From Paraspadella gotoi (taxonomy: Eukaryota; Animalia; Chaetognatha): a stretch of DNA of 64,000 nucleotides. The stretch is from contig CM119269.1 of NCBI GenBank assembly GCA_051294375.1, forward strand, positions 8,440,519 to 8,504,518. Direction: 5' to 3'. Under the pieces are notes generated by a model. That model ran no database searches, was not told the DNA's origin, and was given only the letters and a program-made list of their open reading frames with translations. This document shows positions 36,913-51,567 of this stretch, in pieces (position 1 is the first letter of the stretch; the number at the start of each line of letters is the position of its first letter). The translations under genes were made by a program, and so were the position numbers.

Positions 36913-37816
36913 AAGTTTTTATTTTCATTTATTCGTTGATCATTTTTATCATTTGTTCGTTTTTTTCGTTTGATCCCCTATTGTTAGAATTTAATTTGAC
37001 TTTTGCTTCTTTTAAATCTTCACTTCACGTTCTTTTTTTTAAAGCAGAAAAATTGTTTCACATTTTCAATAAAATTATTGTTCTGACTTTCTTTTGTTTA
37101 ATATTTTGTTTTAACTTTTGTTTTCTCTAAATGAATGGATAATTTTTATATTGGTTGTACAAATTTCATAAAATTATTAAAATTTTAAAGACAGACAGAG
37201 GTAACTTTAATTTTTGAAAAAGCGAGACTGATATGATTTAATCATTTTTTGGACACTTATAGCTCGTCTGTAACGGAGAACCAGATGGATTCGAATGGCA
37301 ATGGCATCCGATGCCATATTGATCAGCGAATGTCTTTTAATATTCAGAGGTGGTGTTGTCAAACTCATTTACTTTCGGGCGAAACTCCGGGATTAGGATT
37401 TTTCTCTTGCGAACTTTGCAACCTTTCCTTATTTAATAATTTCATTACAACAAAAAAGAATCGTAAATATAACGTACATTTGGTTTGATTTTAATTCATT
37501 TTATGTCAAGATAATCAATGGGTACAATAGCAAACCTATTTTTGGTGGTTTTGAAATAAATATCTGTTTTTAAAATTATGGCACTCGATAAAAAAAAAAA
37601 ACAGCTTGAAAGACAGTAATACTGCAAAAATAAAAATACAACACAATTTGCCTTCCGTATGTCGTGTCGTTGGAATTCCCTCGAGGTCAAGATTTTTTGT
37701 AATTTATGATTTGTCATCACTTTGTTGTTGATCCTGTTTCGTCTTTTGTTTTGGGTCCAGTTTCGTGATTGTTGTCCTTCGTCAGATATAACACCCCACC
37801 TTTAAACGCCTCCCCC

Positions 37817-40800
37817 TTAGCACACGAAGAGTGTCACAGGTTCAGCCGGAAATGCTCGTCGGGTCTTCCATCCGCTTCCCTTATGCCGCCTAGTCGTCGG
37901 CCCTTCGTAGACTGAAGGGATCTCCTCGTAGATGTGTTCCTTCGAAAGAGTCGACAAAAGACTCGGTTCGTATTCCAACACCTTCGCCACGCCGGCGCCT
38001 CCGACGCCGGCACCGCGCCGCTTCGATTTTCTCGGCGTTCTCTCCGGTGGCGGCGTCGGCAGCGCCCCCACTCGCGCGTACACGTGACCATCTCTCTTTC
38101 CGGAATGCCGGGCGCCGGCGGCGGCGGCGCCTCGGGTCCGCTCTTCCGCGACGCGATCGGCACCGCCGCCGGCACCACCGCCGGCGTCGTCGTGCGGCAA
38201 ATCGTAGCCCGTTGCCATGTTGAGGATGAGAAAGTCGGTCTTGTCGGGCGGCCGACGTGAGTGAGAGTGAGTCGTCGGGTGACTGTGTCGGTAACGCGTG
38301 TGACGTGACGATGATTTTCCCGATTTTCGTCGATCTTTTCGATGATCCTTTGCCCGACGAGTTTTGGTTCCGTCGCGGTCGTCGTCGTCGTCGTCTTCAT
38401 CGTCGTCGTCTTCGAAAGTCACGCGCGTTTCCTTCTCCAACGAACGATGAATTGTCTTCGAGTCTTTCAACCTTCGAGTGGGGGTTGTCGCCGCTGCCGC
38501 CGCTACCTCTGCCGCAGCTGCCGCTGCTTTTGCAGTCTCTTTCTTCGATTCTCCAGATCCTCGACGCGGCGGCGTTTTCGTCGCGGCTTTGGCAGCTGCT
38601 GCTCCGACTGCGGAGGCGTCCGCCACTGCTGAGGAATCGGCGACGGCGTCGACGAACTCTTCGGGTTTTCCGAAATCGTAGAGCAGCGGTCGAATCGGAG
38701 GCTTCGTCTCGAGGAATTCAGTCTGCTGCGTCGGACGATGCAGGTGCTGTATTTGATGCTGTGATTGCTGCTGTTGCTGCAATAGCGCCCGCCTTGCTTG
38801 AAGAGAGTCCGTCTTGGCGGAGCTCGTGTTCGCAGACGACATAACTCCGCCGCCGCCGCCGCCGCAGTCGCCGCATTGAACGCAGCCTCCGCATTCGGCG
38901 ACACCTCCACGCGCTCGTCGTCGTCGTCTCTCAAGGTCTTTGACGATGGATCTCATGTCGACGGCGACGCGACGGAATCGATCGTCGACGACGACGAATC
39001 CTCGGCGATCGTCGTCGTCCACATCCTCGAATTCATCGTCGTTATCGTCGTTGTCGGCGACGTCGCCCGGTTTCCGACAATTGTCGTAAGCTTCCTCCAA
39101 GGAGGCCGTGCCCAAAACCGGACAGTGGAAAGGCCCGTGGGGATTGTCCGAAGAGCTTTTCCGGCGACGCTCGGTTGAAATATTTTCCTCAAGGGTTTGA
39201 CCGAGAAGTCTCCCGGCGCCGGAATCGCATTCCTCGAGTGTCTCGTAGACGGTCGGTTCCGGAAGGCGGGAAGAGGGCGCCGTGGATCGAGGCGGCGTCG
39301 CGGGCGGCGTTCTTTTGTGATTCGGCGTCGACCTTTTAGTCTTTCGCTCCGACGAGGAGGAAGAGGAGAAGGATTTTCGATGAACGTCTCTGACCAGATC
39401 GGGCACGGCGTCGTGGCCGGATTCCCGGCGTTGCCCGGCGTCGTGTTCGGAATCAGGACGCTGTCCGGCGCATTTTCTGCCCTCGTCGGCGCCGAGACTC
39501 AATCGCGCCAAATTCATTTCGACGCCGAATTTTCCTTCGTTGGCGACGGCGTCGTATTCGTGTCGGAATTTCCGCAGAGCGCCGATTTTTCCATCCACGG
39601 CGCTATTTTTCGACGCCGCTTCGTCTCCAGCGGCGTCCTCTTCCATGATTCTGCCCAAGAATCCCCAAGATGGCGGCGTGGCGATGACGCGCCCCTTTCG
39701 GTTGGCGTGGCGCCATCTAGAATCGTCGGCGTCGATTGACCGAGCGTCCAGCGACGTTTCCGCTTCTGGAAGGGCGTCGCCGCAGTCGGCATAGAGTTCC
39801 GAAGTTGGCGGCGGCGGTGGAAAGTAAAGCGAAGGCGGTGGACGCGCCGTTGTGACGCCGCTGTTGGCGGTGAAAACGGCGCCGGTTGGAGATGGAACCA
39901 CATCTGGCTTTCTCGCGGCGTCGGCGGCGTCTTCCGCCCATGGTTCTGCGTACAAGTTTTCTGGTGAACCCGGCGTCCTTTCTGCTTCCTGTGCTAATTC
40001 TTGCGTCGCCGATTCGAGTGGCATCGCGTAAACGATTTCCGGCGCTACAAGGCCGGCGTCGTCACGGCGCGATCGGATCCTTCGTTTGTCTTTCTTTCCT
40101 TTCTCCCGACGCCATTCCTTGTCTCGGCGTCCTTCTTTGTCTCGGCGTCCTTCTTTGTCCCGGCGCGCTTCTTTCTCTCTTCGAGCGGCCATCCTCCAAT
40201 TGGCTTTGACCCAAATCCATTTCGCTTTTTCGTTTCGCGGCGTCGTTTCGTCCTCGTCGTCGTCGTCGTCCTGCGGCGCCAATGCCGTCCCGCCGGCGCC
40301 GTTTCGACGCCGCGGTGCCAACGGACTTCCGTTCATCAACGGAATTCCGTAGAGTTTCTCGTTTTCGAGTCGAGAGGCGAATCGAGGCGGCGCCGCGGAA
40401 ACCCGAGCGGCGTTGTGGTTCGAAGCGGCGTCGACGCTGTCGGCGGCGGCAGCGCCATCTGCGTCGACGGAGTCCGCTTGACTTCGGCGTGGGTGGGAAG
40501 AAAGGTCGGAGACTTCGGCGCGAGCGTCTGATGAAAAATATTGTTATATTTGTAAATTTACGTATAAATTGATTTATTTAGGGTTAAATTAAAGTCTCAC
40601 CGAAATCAGTTGAGTTTTGACTGGAAGTCATTTCATCTGTGGCGTCTTCGTACAAATATTTTTCAAATTCGTGGCGAATGATATGATTCCTTAAAAATTA
40701 AAAAAAATCACTTTATAATTAATAGAATTTTAAAAATTTGTTAATAATTATAGTTGCTACTTTGTTTATCCATCAAGAAGAAGACAAGAGAGCGAGCTAG

Positions 40801-41109
40801 GAGCTGCCGAAGTATCTAAACAAAAGTCACCGAAGCTGAGAAGTTTTTGCTGGTCATCCCTTTTGAAATTTATAAACAATATAAAAAGATGCAGAGAAAG
40901 AGAGAAAGAAAAAAAGAGAGAAAAAAGGAAGATAGAAAAAGAAAGAGAAAAAGAAAAAGAGAAAGAAAGGAAGAGAGAAAGAAAGAAAGAGACAAAAAGA
41001 AAGAGACAAAAAGAAAGAGAGAAAAAGAAAGAAAGATAGAGAGAAATAGAGAGAGAAAAAGAGAAAGAAAGAGATAAAGAAAAAGAGAAAAAGAGAAAGA
41101 GAGAAAGAG

Positions 41110-41140
<31 letters not shown>

Positions 41141-41281
41141 GAGAAAGAAAGAAAAAAATAAAGAAAGAACAAAAAAGAAATTGAGATCTGGTTTTCGAGT
41201 TTCTGATCAGGACTAAGCGGCCTGTGATTCTGTTATTCTGTGATCAGATTAAATCTTTAATCCCTTTCCATCGAAGCCGCC

Positions 41282-41356
<75 letters not shown>

Positions 41357-43903
41357 TTCACACACAAACCAGATAGAAACCACTCCCGGATGACCCAAAA
41401 TATGACCCTTCCTCCTTCTTTCCTCCTCAACTTCCTCGACCCACCCCCCCTTCCTCTCCCCCCTCCTCTCCCTCCACTCTCACCTCAATGTCTCGGCCGC
41501 CAATCTGGACGCCCTCTCCGCCCAACAGTTGGTCGAATCCACGGAGACGTCGGATGAGGCGCTGCCGGTCGACGGGTGTCGCCTGAAGGAACCGAATGCG
41601 TCCGTCGACGAAGGATCGGACGACAGAGACCCGGAGGAGAGTACGGAGGCGGGATCGAAAGCTGCTGCGCCGACGGCCGCGGCGAAGCGGCGTCTGGCGG
41701 CGCGAAATGCGGCGGAGGAGACGCTGGAGGATGCGGTGGATGTGTTGGAGGCGTTGGAAGCGTCGCGGCTCGAAGGAGTCGACGTCAAAAAGTCGGAGGC
41801 GTCGGTCGAAGTCAAACTTCCCGTCGAAGTTGTTGCTTCAAAAGATTCCGATGCGAAAGGAAGGGATTTGTTGTTGTTGTTGCCGCAAACGTTGTTGTTG
41901 TTGTTGTTAAGAGTGTTGGAGTTGTTGTTACTTCCGCTGCTGTAGTTGCTGCTGGAGCTGATGTGGGAAGAGTGACGGCGTCGTCGTCGTCGTTCTCTGT
42001 GAAGGAGTGAAAGGTGTGGAGTAGAGTATGTAAAATGCGAAATATAACGAGACACATTTTACAAGCATCACACTACAAATGTGAAGTGAATCACAATTCT
42101 ACCTTTGTTTTTTTTTTTAACCGATTTAAGCTTGGCGCCTCTCTAAGTTTCTTAGTTCTGACCAATCTCGTAATCATCTCAGTTGTCTATCAACTAACTC
42201 ATCGCTTCCTCCACCCTTCTTACTTCTCTCCCACCTCTCTCTCCTCTCTATCGCCCCACTCACTTCTCTCTCCAACCCCTTCTCACCTCTCTTTAGCTAA
42301 GAGCGCTTCGTGAAACGGCGCCAGAAATTCCGCCATCGACGCCGGAGAATCCAGCGGCGCCCTTTCCTCGCCGCCGGCGCCTGTGCTGCTCCGGCTGCTT
42401 CCGCTGCTCCGGCTGCTCCGACTGCTGCGGCTCCAGTAAGCGGGGCTGCCGCTCCTACTGTCGATCTCGCTGCTAAGGGTGCCGAAAGCGTCGAGGGGGG
42501 CGGCGCTGGAGGGGTGATCGGCGGAGAGGACGGGTTGAGGACTTGTTGGGGAATCTACAGGGTGGTCGAGGGGACGGTCGCCGGAGTCTTCGGCGGGGTG
42601 GTCAATTGGGTGGCCCGCTGGGTGGTCAGGATCCGGGTTCGAATCAGGGTCTCGAAACCTAAGGAGAAAGAAGAAATTTTTTTTCTTTTTTCTTTTTCTT
42701 TTTTGTCGTTTTTACGATGAAATCGAGAGAAAAGAAGAAAAAAGATAAAAGTCAAAATGTGTCGCGTCGAAGCTTAAATCGTAAGAGGAGATAAAAATTC
42801 GAAGCAGGGGAAGATAAAATCAGGACAGGGGGAGATATTAAAATCTAGATAGGGGGTCTCTATATCGACGACGGGGGTCAAATGAGCTGAAAAGGTTTGG
42901 TTTTGGTTGGAGAAAAAAAGGGGAAAAAATGCAATGAGGAACCCATGGCGGACTTAATGTAAAAATATAAGCATTCTTGATAAAACTTTGTAGGATTATC
43001 ACGAGATTTTATGCAAAAAAAAAATAAATAAATTTTATTTCAAAAAGTTGTTTACAAAGAAATCGCATGCAGACTAAAATTAATTTTTTAGCGCCGAGAA
43101 AAGTTCAAAAATATTTTAAATGACAGATATTGAATTATCTCCACCCTTGATTAAAAAAAAAATCTCAAAATGACTATTCGTGAGCGAAAAATTAAAACCG
43201 CAAAAAAATCGTAAAACCGCATTTCTTAAAAAAGAGGGGATGAAGTTTGAACAACACGACAACAGTATTTTTAATTATGAAAAAAATGAACAAAACTCTT
43301 CGGTACAAAAAGCAAGAAAAAAAAATTTTATTCTAAAAGTAAAATGTGTGCTTTCTGTAAAACGGAAAACGGTTTTCTTCAAAAAAAAAAAGAAAATTTA
43401 AAAAATAAATGTTTTAACCCAAGCGGAAATAAAAACATCGACGTCGACGAAGCAGAAAATTCTGTTTCTTAATTTCGGGGTTTTTTTTGTTTTTTGTTTT
43501 TTTTTTTGTCGCACAGAACAAAAAAGAAAAAAAGAGCAGAATTTTATTGTTATGAGAAAAAAAAACAACAGAACTCTGGGGCCAAAAAAAAGGACTTCAA
43601 TTTTTTTTTTATCCAGATTTACTCATGTGGCAAAGTCCACTCCCCCCTGAGACCTACGCCCCCCCCATCCGCCCCTTTGCGCCCAGGTTCTGAGGTCGAC
43701 GAATCTACTCATGGGCAAAATCCAAGGCGTGAGAGTGAGAGTGAGAGGGAGACGAAAACGTGAGACTCGATCTCGATCTCCTCCTCGTTTTTTGTGAATC
43801 CGTGATGCGTTCACGCTTAACCTTTAATTATCGAGTTTCGACGAACAAAAAAAAATCTAACTCCTCTCTCTTCTCTCTTCTCTCTCTCTCCTCTCTTCCT
43901 CTC

Positions 43904-43941
<38 letters not shown>

Positions 43942-44925
43942 CGCTTTATTTCATATTTAATTTTTTCATCGTTTCTTCGTTGCATCATTGTTCAGACTTC
44001 CACTTTTTGCTCACAGATAGACTTATCTACCCAAATACTAATACCCTAATATTAATATCCTACTACTTTCTAACTCATTCCCTCTATATTATTTTTTTTT
44101 GCTTCTCCCTGACTCATCTCCCTTTTCCCCATTCTCTCTTTTCTCCTCTCTCTTCCACCTCTCTCTTTTTCCCTTCCTTTTCTTTCTTCACCTCAGTTTC
44201 AAATGTCTCTTTATTCGTCATAAGAATTTTTTTAAAAAAATCTTCGATCGATAAAAAGAAAAAAGAAAAATTTCAAAATTACGCATCCATCGATTTTTGT
44301 GGAATTCGATCCGAAAATGAGAAGCGAAAATTTATTTTTTTCTCAATTCCCTTCTCTATTTAAACGAACACGCTTAATATCACATGAACTTACCTGAAAT
44401 AACCTAACCTCATCTAAACCAATTTAAATTCTCCTTAACTTACCTAAGGTCACCTGAATTAACCTAAACTATCCTCAAGTCAACTAAAGTCACCCAAATT
44501 AACTTAGTTTTAACTCACATTGATTCACCTGTAGACACTTAAAGTCACCTAAATTAACCCAAACTAATCTAAAAACAAAACTAACCTCAAATTTACTTAA
44601 ACTCACCCACTCTAAAAATCATGTCCGTGTTAGGGAGTCCTTGGGTCATTAAATAACAGTATATTTAGCTTAACCAAACGTTTCCCTCACCAAACTTCAA
44701 TTCCTATTACTCACCTCCGGCCCCCCCTTCTCTCATCTCTTATCACGCCCCCACCCCCAGGGTCCTCGCACCAAAACAACCTTACCCTGCGTCTCTGGCG
44801 GCGGCGGCTTTGAGGCGATACTGCGGCCACCTGTCGGGATGTCGCGTCTCCAAGAAATCCTCGAAGGTGATGGAGAGAAGGAACATCTGACGCTGGAGTT
44901 GATCTCCTTGGATCAGCATCGCTTT
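37817..44925 (-). CDS. Large low-complexity/disordered protein with many tyrosine motifs, 3' portion (at least 1274 aa); 5' exons not located
   Basis: Exons 44925-44786, 42658-42287, 41996-41484, 40689-40601, 40527-37817; all GT-AG, phases 2,2,2,1, giving one open frame of 3825 nt; GC-rich against AT-rich introns. No family recognised. Confidence 0.85.
40870..41180. repeat. GA-rich low-complexity tract; (CT)n at 41284-41354
   Basis: Directly visible; one of many (AG)n tracts in the window. Confidence 0.85.
44388..44612. repeat. Degenerate approximately 10-bp tandem (aacct/cacct-aa)
   Basis: Repeated tcacctaaat/taacctaaac units. Confidence 0.6.
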
Positions 44926-46543
44926 CTGATGGGGTAAAAGAGGTGAGGGCGGGTTAGTTGATGGGAAGAAGGAGAGCACAAGTTTTGATGAAGGAAAGGA
45001 GAGCCGATGGGGTAAAGTAGAGCGTGCAGATGGGGGAAAAGAGAATGGTTAGGAAGAGTTGATTGGGAAGAGGAGTTGATAAGGATATAGTGATGTAGAA
45101 GAGAGTTTGACGGATGGATTATTTTATGGAGAAAAGGAGTTGGTGAGAATGAGATGATGGAATTTGAATTTATTCAATGGAGCTTACGCACAAAATAAAA
45201 CAATAGGCCATGAAAAGCGACTTGATTACATTTAAGTCTAAGAATTTAGGCATTCATGAAATCTTTCCAATTTACAATTTACTAGGCACGACTTTTCCCT
45301 CTGCAGGTAATCACTTCTCACAGTTTTTTCTATGGGCGAAATCTTTATATAAATAGTATTAAAATCAATATTATTAATAGAATCATCAAAAAGATGATTT
45401 CAACGGATAATACCTTTTAATCCTCGTACAGAAAAGTTTTTAACATAGATAACGTTATTGATGGAGTAAAGGAGGCGGGGTAGCATTAGTTGACGACGAC
45501 GACGACAATCAAGATGATAAAGATAATTTGACCAGGGGCTTGACAATGTCGATGATAATGAAGATGAATGAAAAGACGATGATTATAACAATAGGAATGA
45601 TATCGACGTAAAAGTAGGTTGACGACGACGAGAAAATATTAGAGGAAAACGCGAGTAATTTGGTGTAATATGACTTACTTTTTATGTATTATTTCTAGTT
45701 AAGTTTCGTTCGTGAAGATCGTTTTATATAGTTTCAGTTTCAGAGAAAATTATTTTTCGCTTTTAATAAAATTCCGACGAATAGAAAGGAATCACGATTC
45801 TGATTTTAACTACGCGATTTTTATTTAGTGCCGAGTTGAAGAAGAAAAAATAATTTGTTTAATCCAGTCAGATTTTTTTTACCAGTTTTTTTTTTTTTTT
45901 TTCGAAAATGATTGGAAGAAGTTGAAGATTTTTTTGTCAGGTTTTTTTCGAGATTTTGTTTTGTTTTGACTTTTTTTTTTGAGCAAAATTTTTTTTTTCT
46001 TGATCCGGAATCTGGTGGCCACTTCTTCGGTTTCTAGTTCTCTTTCGCTCTGTCTCTGTCTTTCTTTCTCTGTCTCGCTCTCTCTCTCTCTCTCGTCGGA
46101 TTTTCGAGTGAAGTCTGAAGGAGTTACGAGGATTCGTTCATGTTTGAAGTTGTATCAGGATGGGAGGAAGAGGAGGAGGAGGAGGATGATGAAGAGGAGG
46201 GGAAAGTAGGGAGGTAGAGAGAATGAGTATCAATGTGAAAATAAACAGAAAAACTAGGAAGAGAAAGAGATAAATATAAATTATGAATATTAATAAGAAA
46301 AAAAGTATATCGCAATTAATAAAAAACGTTTAATTGGGAGAGGGGACAACGATGAGAAGTAGAAGGAGTGGGGGAGGGAAAGGTAGATCACGAGGACGGG
46401 GAAGAGGAGGAGGAGGAGGAGAAGGAGAAGGAGGAGGAAGAGGAGGAGGAAGGGCACGAGGAGGAGAAGGGTCGAGGATGAGAGAAAAACTAACACAGTA
46501 CAAACGAAGGCAAAGGGATGTAACACGATCTCTCTCTCTCTCT

Positions 46544-49500
46544 NNNNNNNNNNNNNNNNNNNNNNNNNNNNNNNNNNNNNNNNNNNNNNNNNNNNNNNNN
46601 NNNNNNNNNNNNNNNNNNNNNNNNNNNNNNNNNNNNNNNNNNNNNNNNNNNNNNNNNNNNNNNNNNNNNNNNNNNNNNNNNNNNNNNNNNNNNNNNNNNN
46701 NNNNNNNNNNNNNNNNNNNNNNNNNNNNNNNNNNNNNNNNNNNNNNNNNNNNNNNNNNNNNNNNNNNNNNNNNNNNNNNNNNNNNNNNNNNNNNNNNNNN
46801 NNNNNTCGTTGTCCAAATTTGATGGAACATTCGATACTTTTATCCCGATACAAAATTTGTAATCCTTTGTGTAGATTGAAAACGGAACACCCTTTCCCAC
46901 TTAAGAGTGAGACAATGTTNNNNNNNNNNNNNNNNNNNNNNNNNNNNNNNNNNNNNNNNNNNNNNNNNNNNNNNNNNNNNNNNNNNNNNNNNNNNNNNNN
47001 NNNNNNNNNNNNNNNNNNNNNNNNNNNNNNNNNNNNNNNNNNNNNNNNNNNNNNNNNNNNNNNNNNNNNNNNNNNNNNNNNNNNNNNNNNNNNNNNNNNN
47101 NNNNNNNNNNAGAGAGAGAGAGAGAGAGAGAGTGCGAGACCCAACTATAAATCAAAAGAGAGTGTCCACCGGAGTCTATATAAATTAAAAAGTTCTTTAA
47201 CTTAATTTTAAATCGATTAACTTCGTCGAGCGGATGTCTTTTGGTCGGGTTCGAACCGGGGGAGACTAAAAATAACAACGACAACAATGAGGACGACGAC
47301 GACGACGACGACGACGACGCTTCTTTTGATCGTCGATCCTTGGCGAATCAAAAAATCAAATCTGAAAAGAAATGACCGCGAATTTATGGCATCATTAAAT
47401 CCATTAAATCATTTCGTGTTAAGAAATTAGTGCCACCCCGATTTTTTTTCTGTCTCCCTTTAATGTTTTGTTTTGATGATGTTTCGTTTCGTTGTTTCGA
47501 AACCACGAAACCAACGAAACATAAATTTGACTACAGCGAGGAATTTCTTTATAAAATAGCATTTCCGGTGATGCTATTTTCGGGCTTCGGTATAATCTTG
47601 TTAGACTGCAGCTNNNNNNNNNNNNNNNNNNNNNNNNNAGACCGAGAGATGACGAGAGAGAGAAATGAGAGAAATGATTGACGAGGGCGGAACGACGGAA
47701 CGCGACAGAGGGAAGAGGCGACCTCACGGTATGGTCGGGCGCTTCGCAAAGCTATGAGGTGCGACCTGGAGAACAAGGACAAAATCCCAAAGAAAAAGGG
47801 TAGAAATGAATGGAAGCCAGGGAAGGACTTGATCAGAACGTTGAATTCATCTGTGCATTTCCAATTATTTTCAAATTTGATTGTTCCGGATCGTCGTCTT
47901 TAGTCTGCGTCGGTCGGCCGAGTGACTTCAGTCGCTCTCTGGGTACGTCGCGTGATACCAACTCGTCCGTCGCTTGCAGTATTTGCAGCGGAATGAGAAA
48001 CAAATGAGAAAAGAGGGAAAAGCATTAGTGAGAAAAGAGAAAGGCGAAGAGAAAGAGGTAACCGTAACAGACGCGAGAGATGTGCAACGATATGAGAAAA
48101 GGAGGTGAGCGCAAGGAAGAAAAACCGAAAAACGGAAAAGGCAATGTACCAAAGAATGCAATCGCCCTTCCCTTTATGTGGTTATGTATCCCCGGTCCAG
48201 TTCCTTTGTTAACTTGACTTCCTCTGGAACTCACGGTTTCAAATAAGTGGTGTGTAGAAAGTAACGCTGGTCCGGGAATTAACTCAATTTTCTACGCGTT
48301 TTAAGAAGTTATTCGCCGGTCCTCTAATAATTACGAATAAAAGCGCACAATTAGTGATAATTGCTTGATCATTGTCCAATTACTGAGCGAGCGAGAGAGT
48401 GCAATGTTTCAACTTTTCGCATAGATATAGCTGAGTAATTGGGGCTAGAATTGGCAACCATAAGCGTCGAAACGTTTAACAAAAAACGACTGCGGGCTCG
48501 TCTCTATAATTACGACAAAAGGTTTAAAAATGTCCGTGCATCGTTTTATTTATGAAATATTTATGAATAGAATGAGCCAAAAGGGTAATTTTAAAATGAG
48601 AGATTCCTAAATGAAAATGAATAGACAGAAGTGACGGCTCCACTCCAGGGGGCAGTGGTAAGTTTTTGGTATATAACAACGGAATATGAGGGAACATACT
48701 TTGATGATATCGACCGCTCGGAATAAATAACAGTGGTTTAGGTTATTATGTTGTAACCGAGGACTCGAGCAACTTGAACGCTACGTTACGGAGATACAAT
48801 TATATCCATGTGGAGGCCCTGTCCAGAAGCCAGCACGAAACCAGGAAGACACTGGCCGATACCTAAATTTATTGAAATCTAATGTTTTATAGGTTTGATA
48901 AAAAAAAAGTTAACTTCTACTTGAGCTCAAATCTGAAATGAAACAATTACAACCTGGTCTATTGTGAGAGGTGTCCGTTTAACCTTTTTCAAAGTGACAG
49001 AACGAGAAATAAAATATTCTCCCTAGTTGCGAAAAGTGACGTTACCCTCAAACTATCCGTCTTAAGCATATCTACACCCGCATATTTACATCACCTCACT
49101 CTCGGTATGATTTCACCGGCAGCTTTATGTACAGGAGAAAAATTATTTAATTATCCTAAGGCTGAGGCAAAGCCCTTTTCTCCTAGAAATTAACAGAGAA
49201 CGGTGATACAGACGAGGACAAACGTGTAGAAATGTCGCATCGGAAAGTACCGTCGAAAAGACTGGAAATGATGTAGTAATTGAGAGACAGGAGCCACTGC
49301 CAGAGCTCTCTCTCGGTCTCTTGCTTCAACGTTTTCTAATAGAATCACGGCTAGCATAACTGCACGCTGCTCATATTCCTTACCTTGGGATTCCTTAATT
49401 GCTACTCCGCCCCGTCTCTCTAACGCAATCGCTTTTACTATTCTCTTTGTTCTAGGTGGTTTCTCTGCCTTCGATTCCGCAATAAACGTCCCCAATTTTG

Positions 49501-51536
49501 CATTGAGAGGGTCAATAGAAAGTGCACAATTTATATGCACTTGTGATAAGATGATTTGTCTAATCAGATTCTAACCGAAGTCCATGATGTAATTGACGTC
49601 TTAACTATATGCGCCATTCCCATGATGGCCGAAATGTCTGCTCCATAAATACCAGCTCTTATTTTTTTCTCGAAAAAATGGGCCAATGGTTCCCTAATGC
49701 GCGAAACTATTTGGAACGCGATGAGATCAACAATGTTGAAGATGTCCTTCCTCCGCCTCGCCCTCAAGTGCTTAGCGGTATTTCTCGTGCATCTTCGTGC
49801 CTCTTCTCTCTTATGCTTGATTTTAATTCCTTTATTTGCTAGCAAAATTTTTTTTCTTTTATTGACAGATCACGCGAATCTCGGTGATCCGTGCGACTTG
49901 TATTGCTCACTTTCTCTAATCGCCGTATTTCTCTTTTAGCATTCTCCTTTTCGTCGCCCCACATTCGATCGGTTCTTCTGTGCATTTCTAGTTTCTCCGT
50001 GGAGTCTCGCTCTCTGCTCTCTCTGCGTCGGAACAGATATATATGACGCGGAAGTGAGGAGAGAGAGTCTGAAAGCTAGAGGAGGACGACGGTATACGAG
50101 AGGGGCAGAGGACGAATGTCGTTCATGTTTGAAGTGGATGGTATCAAGGAGCATGGGAGGTGGAAAGAGCAGGAGGAAGGGAGACGGAGGACGGAGCGAA
50201 GGAATGGAAGCGGAAAGGAAAGAGAGAGAGGGAGTTAAGTCGAACGGAGACAACAACAATCCAAGCCTGACAGGTAGACTGTAGAGAGGGAGCATTATAT
50301 GCCAGCAGTGCGATTCCGTTCAGTACTGTCTCCCAAAACCAAAGTGACGCACGAGGTAACGGAACGACCAGTAGTGAGGACGGAAATGCAATGGTGCCCA
50401 ACAATGGAAAACACGGCAAACAACATAAGCCGAAAGGACGCGGAAAGACCCGGAATTAAAGATAGCCCTAAAAATTACCAATTGAAAAAACAATTGGATG
50501 AATGAGAAAGAGAAATATCCAGTAGTTAAAAAAGCACCTTGCCCTCCTATTTTATCGCCATATTTTCTTTTAAAATTGGCCCATAAGTAAGTAAAAACAG
50601 CGCACTTTCACCCTGGTGAGCGGCGGGGCGGCAAGCAAGCGGGGTCCCTACTGGTCATACTACCTCTCGCCATGTCTTCAAACTGCCAGATCAGTCTCTA
50701 TCGTCTATATCTCATACGGATGCGTTGCTCGTGCGTACGCGCTGCGTCAAAGGTCTCCTCTCTCTCTCTCTTTATGACTCTCTCTCCTACCTATGCGTCC
50801 ACTGTGAGGGCCCTTTTCTCTTCTCAAGGCCGGTTCGCTCACGCTGTGTGTTTCTTATTGGAGGGAGCGATGAAGTTTGATGATAAATCGGCTTCCCACG
50901 GTCTCTCGTCAACGGGAGAGATTAAACGAAAACAGGCGCATACAAGGCGCAATTTAGCAGTTATTGCTTGAATTAATCTCTGTTATTTTTTTTTTGGTCT
51001 GCCCACAATACATACACGTGTAACGTGTGTATTGTGGAGTAGTTAAGAGAAGGGAGAAAAAAAAAAAAAACCTTACAGTAGATTAGGACATGAATTAACT
51101 CTTTCTTTAAAAAAAAAAATGGAAACAATAGATGAATGCTGAATTTATCATTTTTATCATTACTTGAAGAAATCACAAAATTATTCAAAACTCGCGCGCC
51201 AGGATGATGTGATGTGTGCAGAAATGAACAAGAATCGAGTTTTCAACAACACTTAATCAAAGCAAAGCCTGGAGCTTTTGTCAAAGAAGAATCATCAAGA
51301 GTTTTTTCTTTCGTTGGAACTTAAGCAATACGCGAAAAACAGCGAGGGAAGAAAGGACCCAAATATATTGGGAGACCCGGTAGCGGCCAACAAATATTAA
51401 GACCAGGTATGTATACTACCACTTACTAGTCCCAGTTAAAAGATAGATATCAAATTTTCCAACTTTTGAAAAAAATGTGTTAGAGAAAGGGAAGAATGAG
51501 AGAGAGAGAGAGAGGGGAGAGAGGCGGAGAGAGAGA

Positions 51537-51567
<31 letters not shown>

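Noticed and set aside
37834-42720. Many overlapping ORFs on both strands
   Set aside because: Shadow frames of GC-rich exons of the single minus-strand gene.
48640-48658. CTCF-like motif ccactccagggggcagt
   Set aside because: Single short match in a low-fidelity region; expected by chance.
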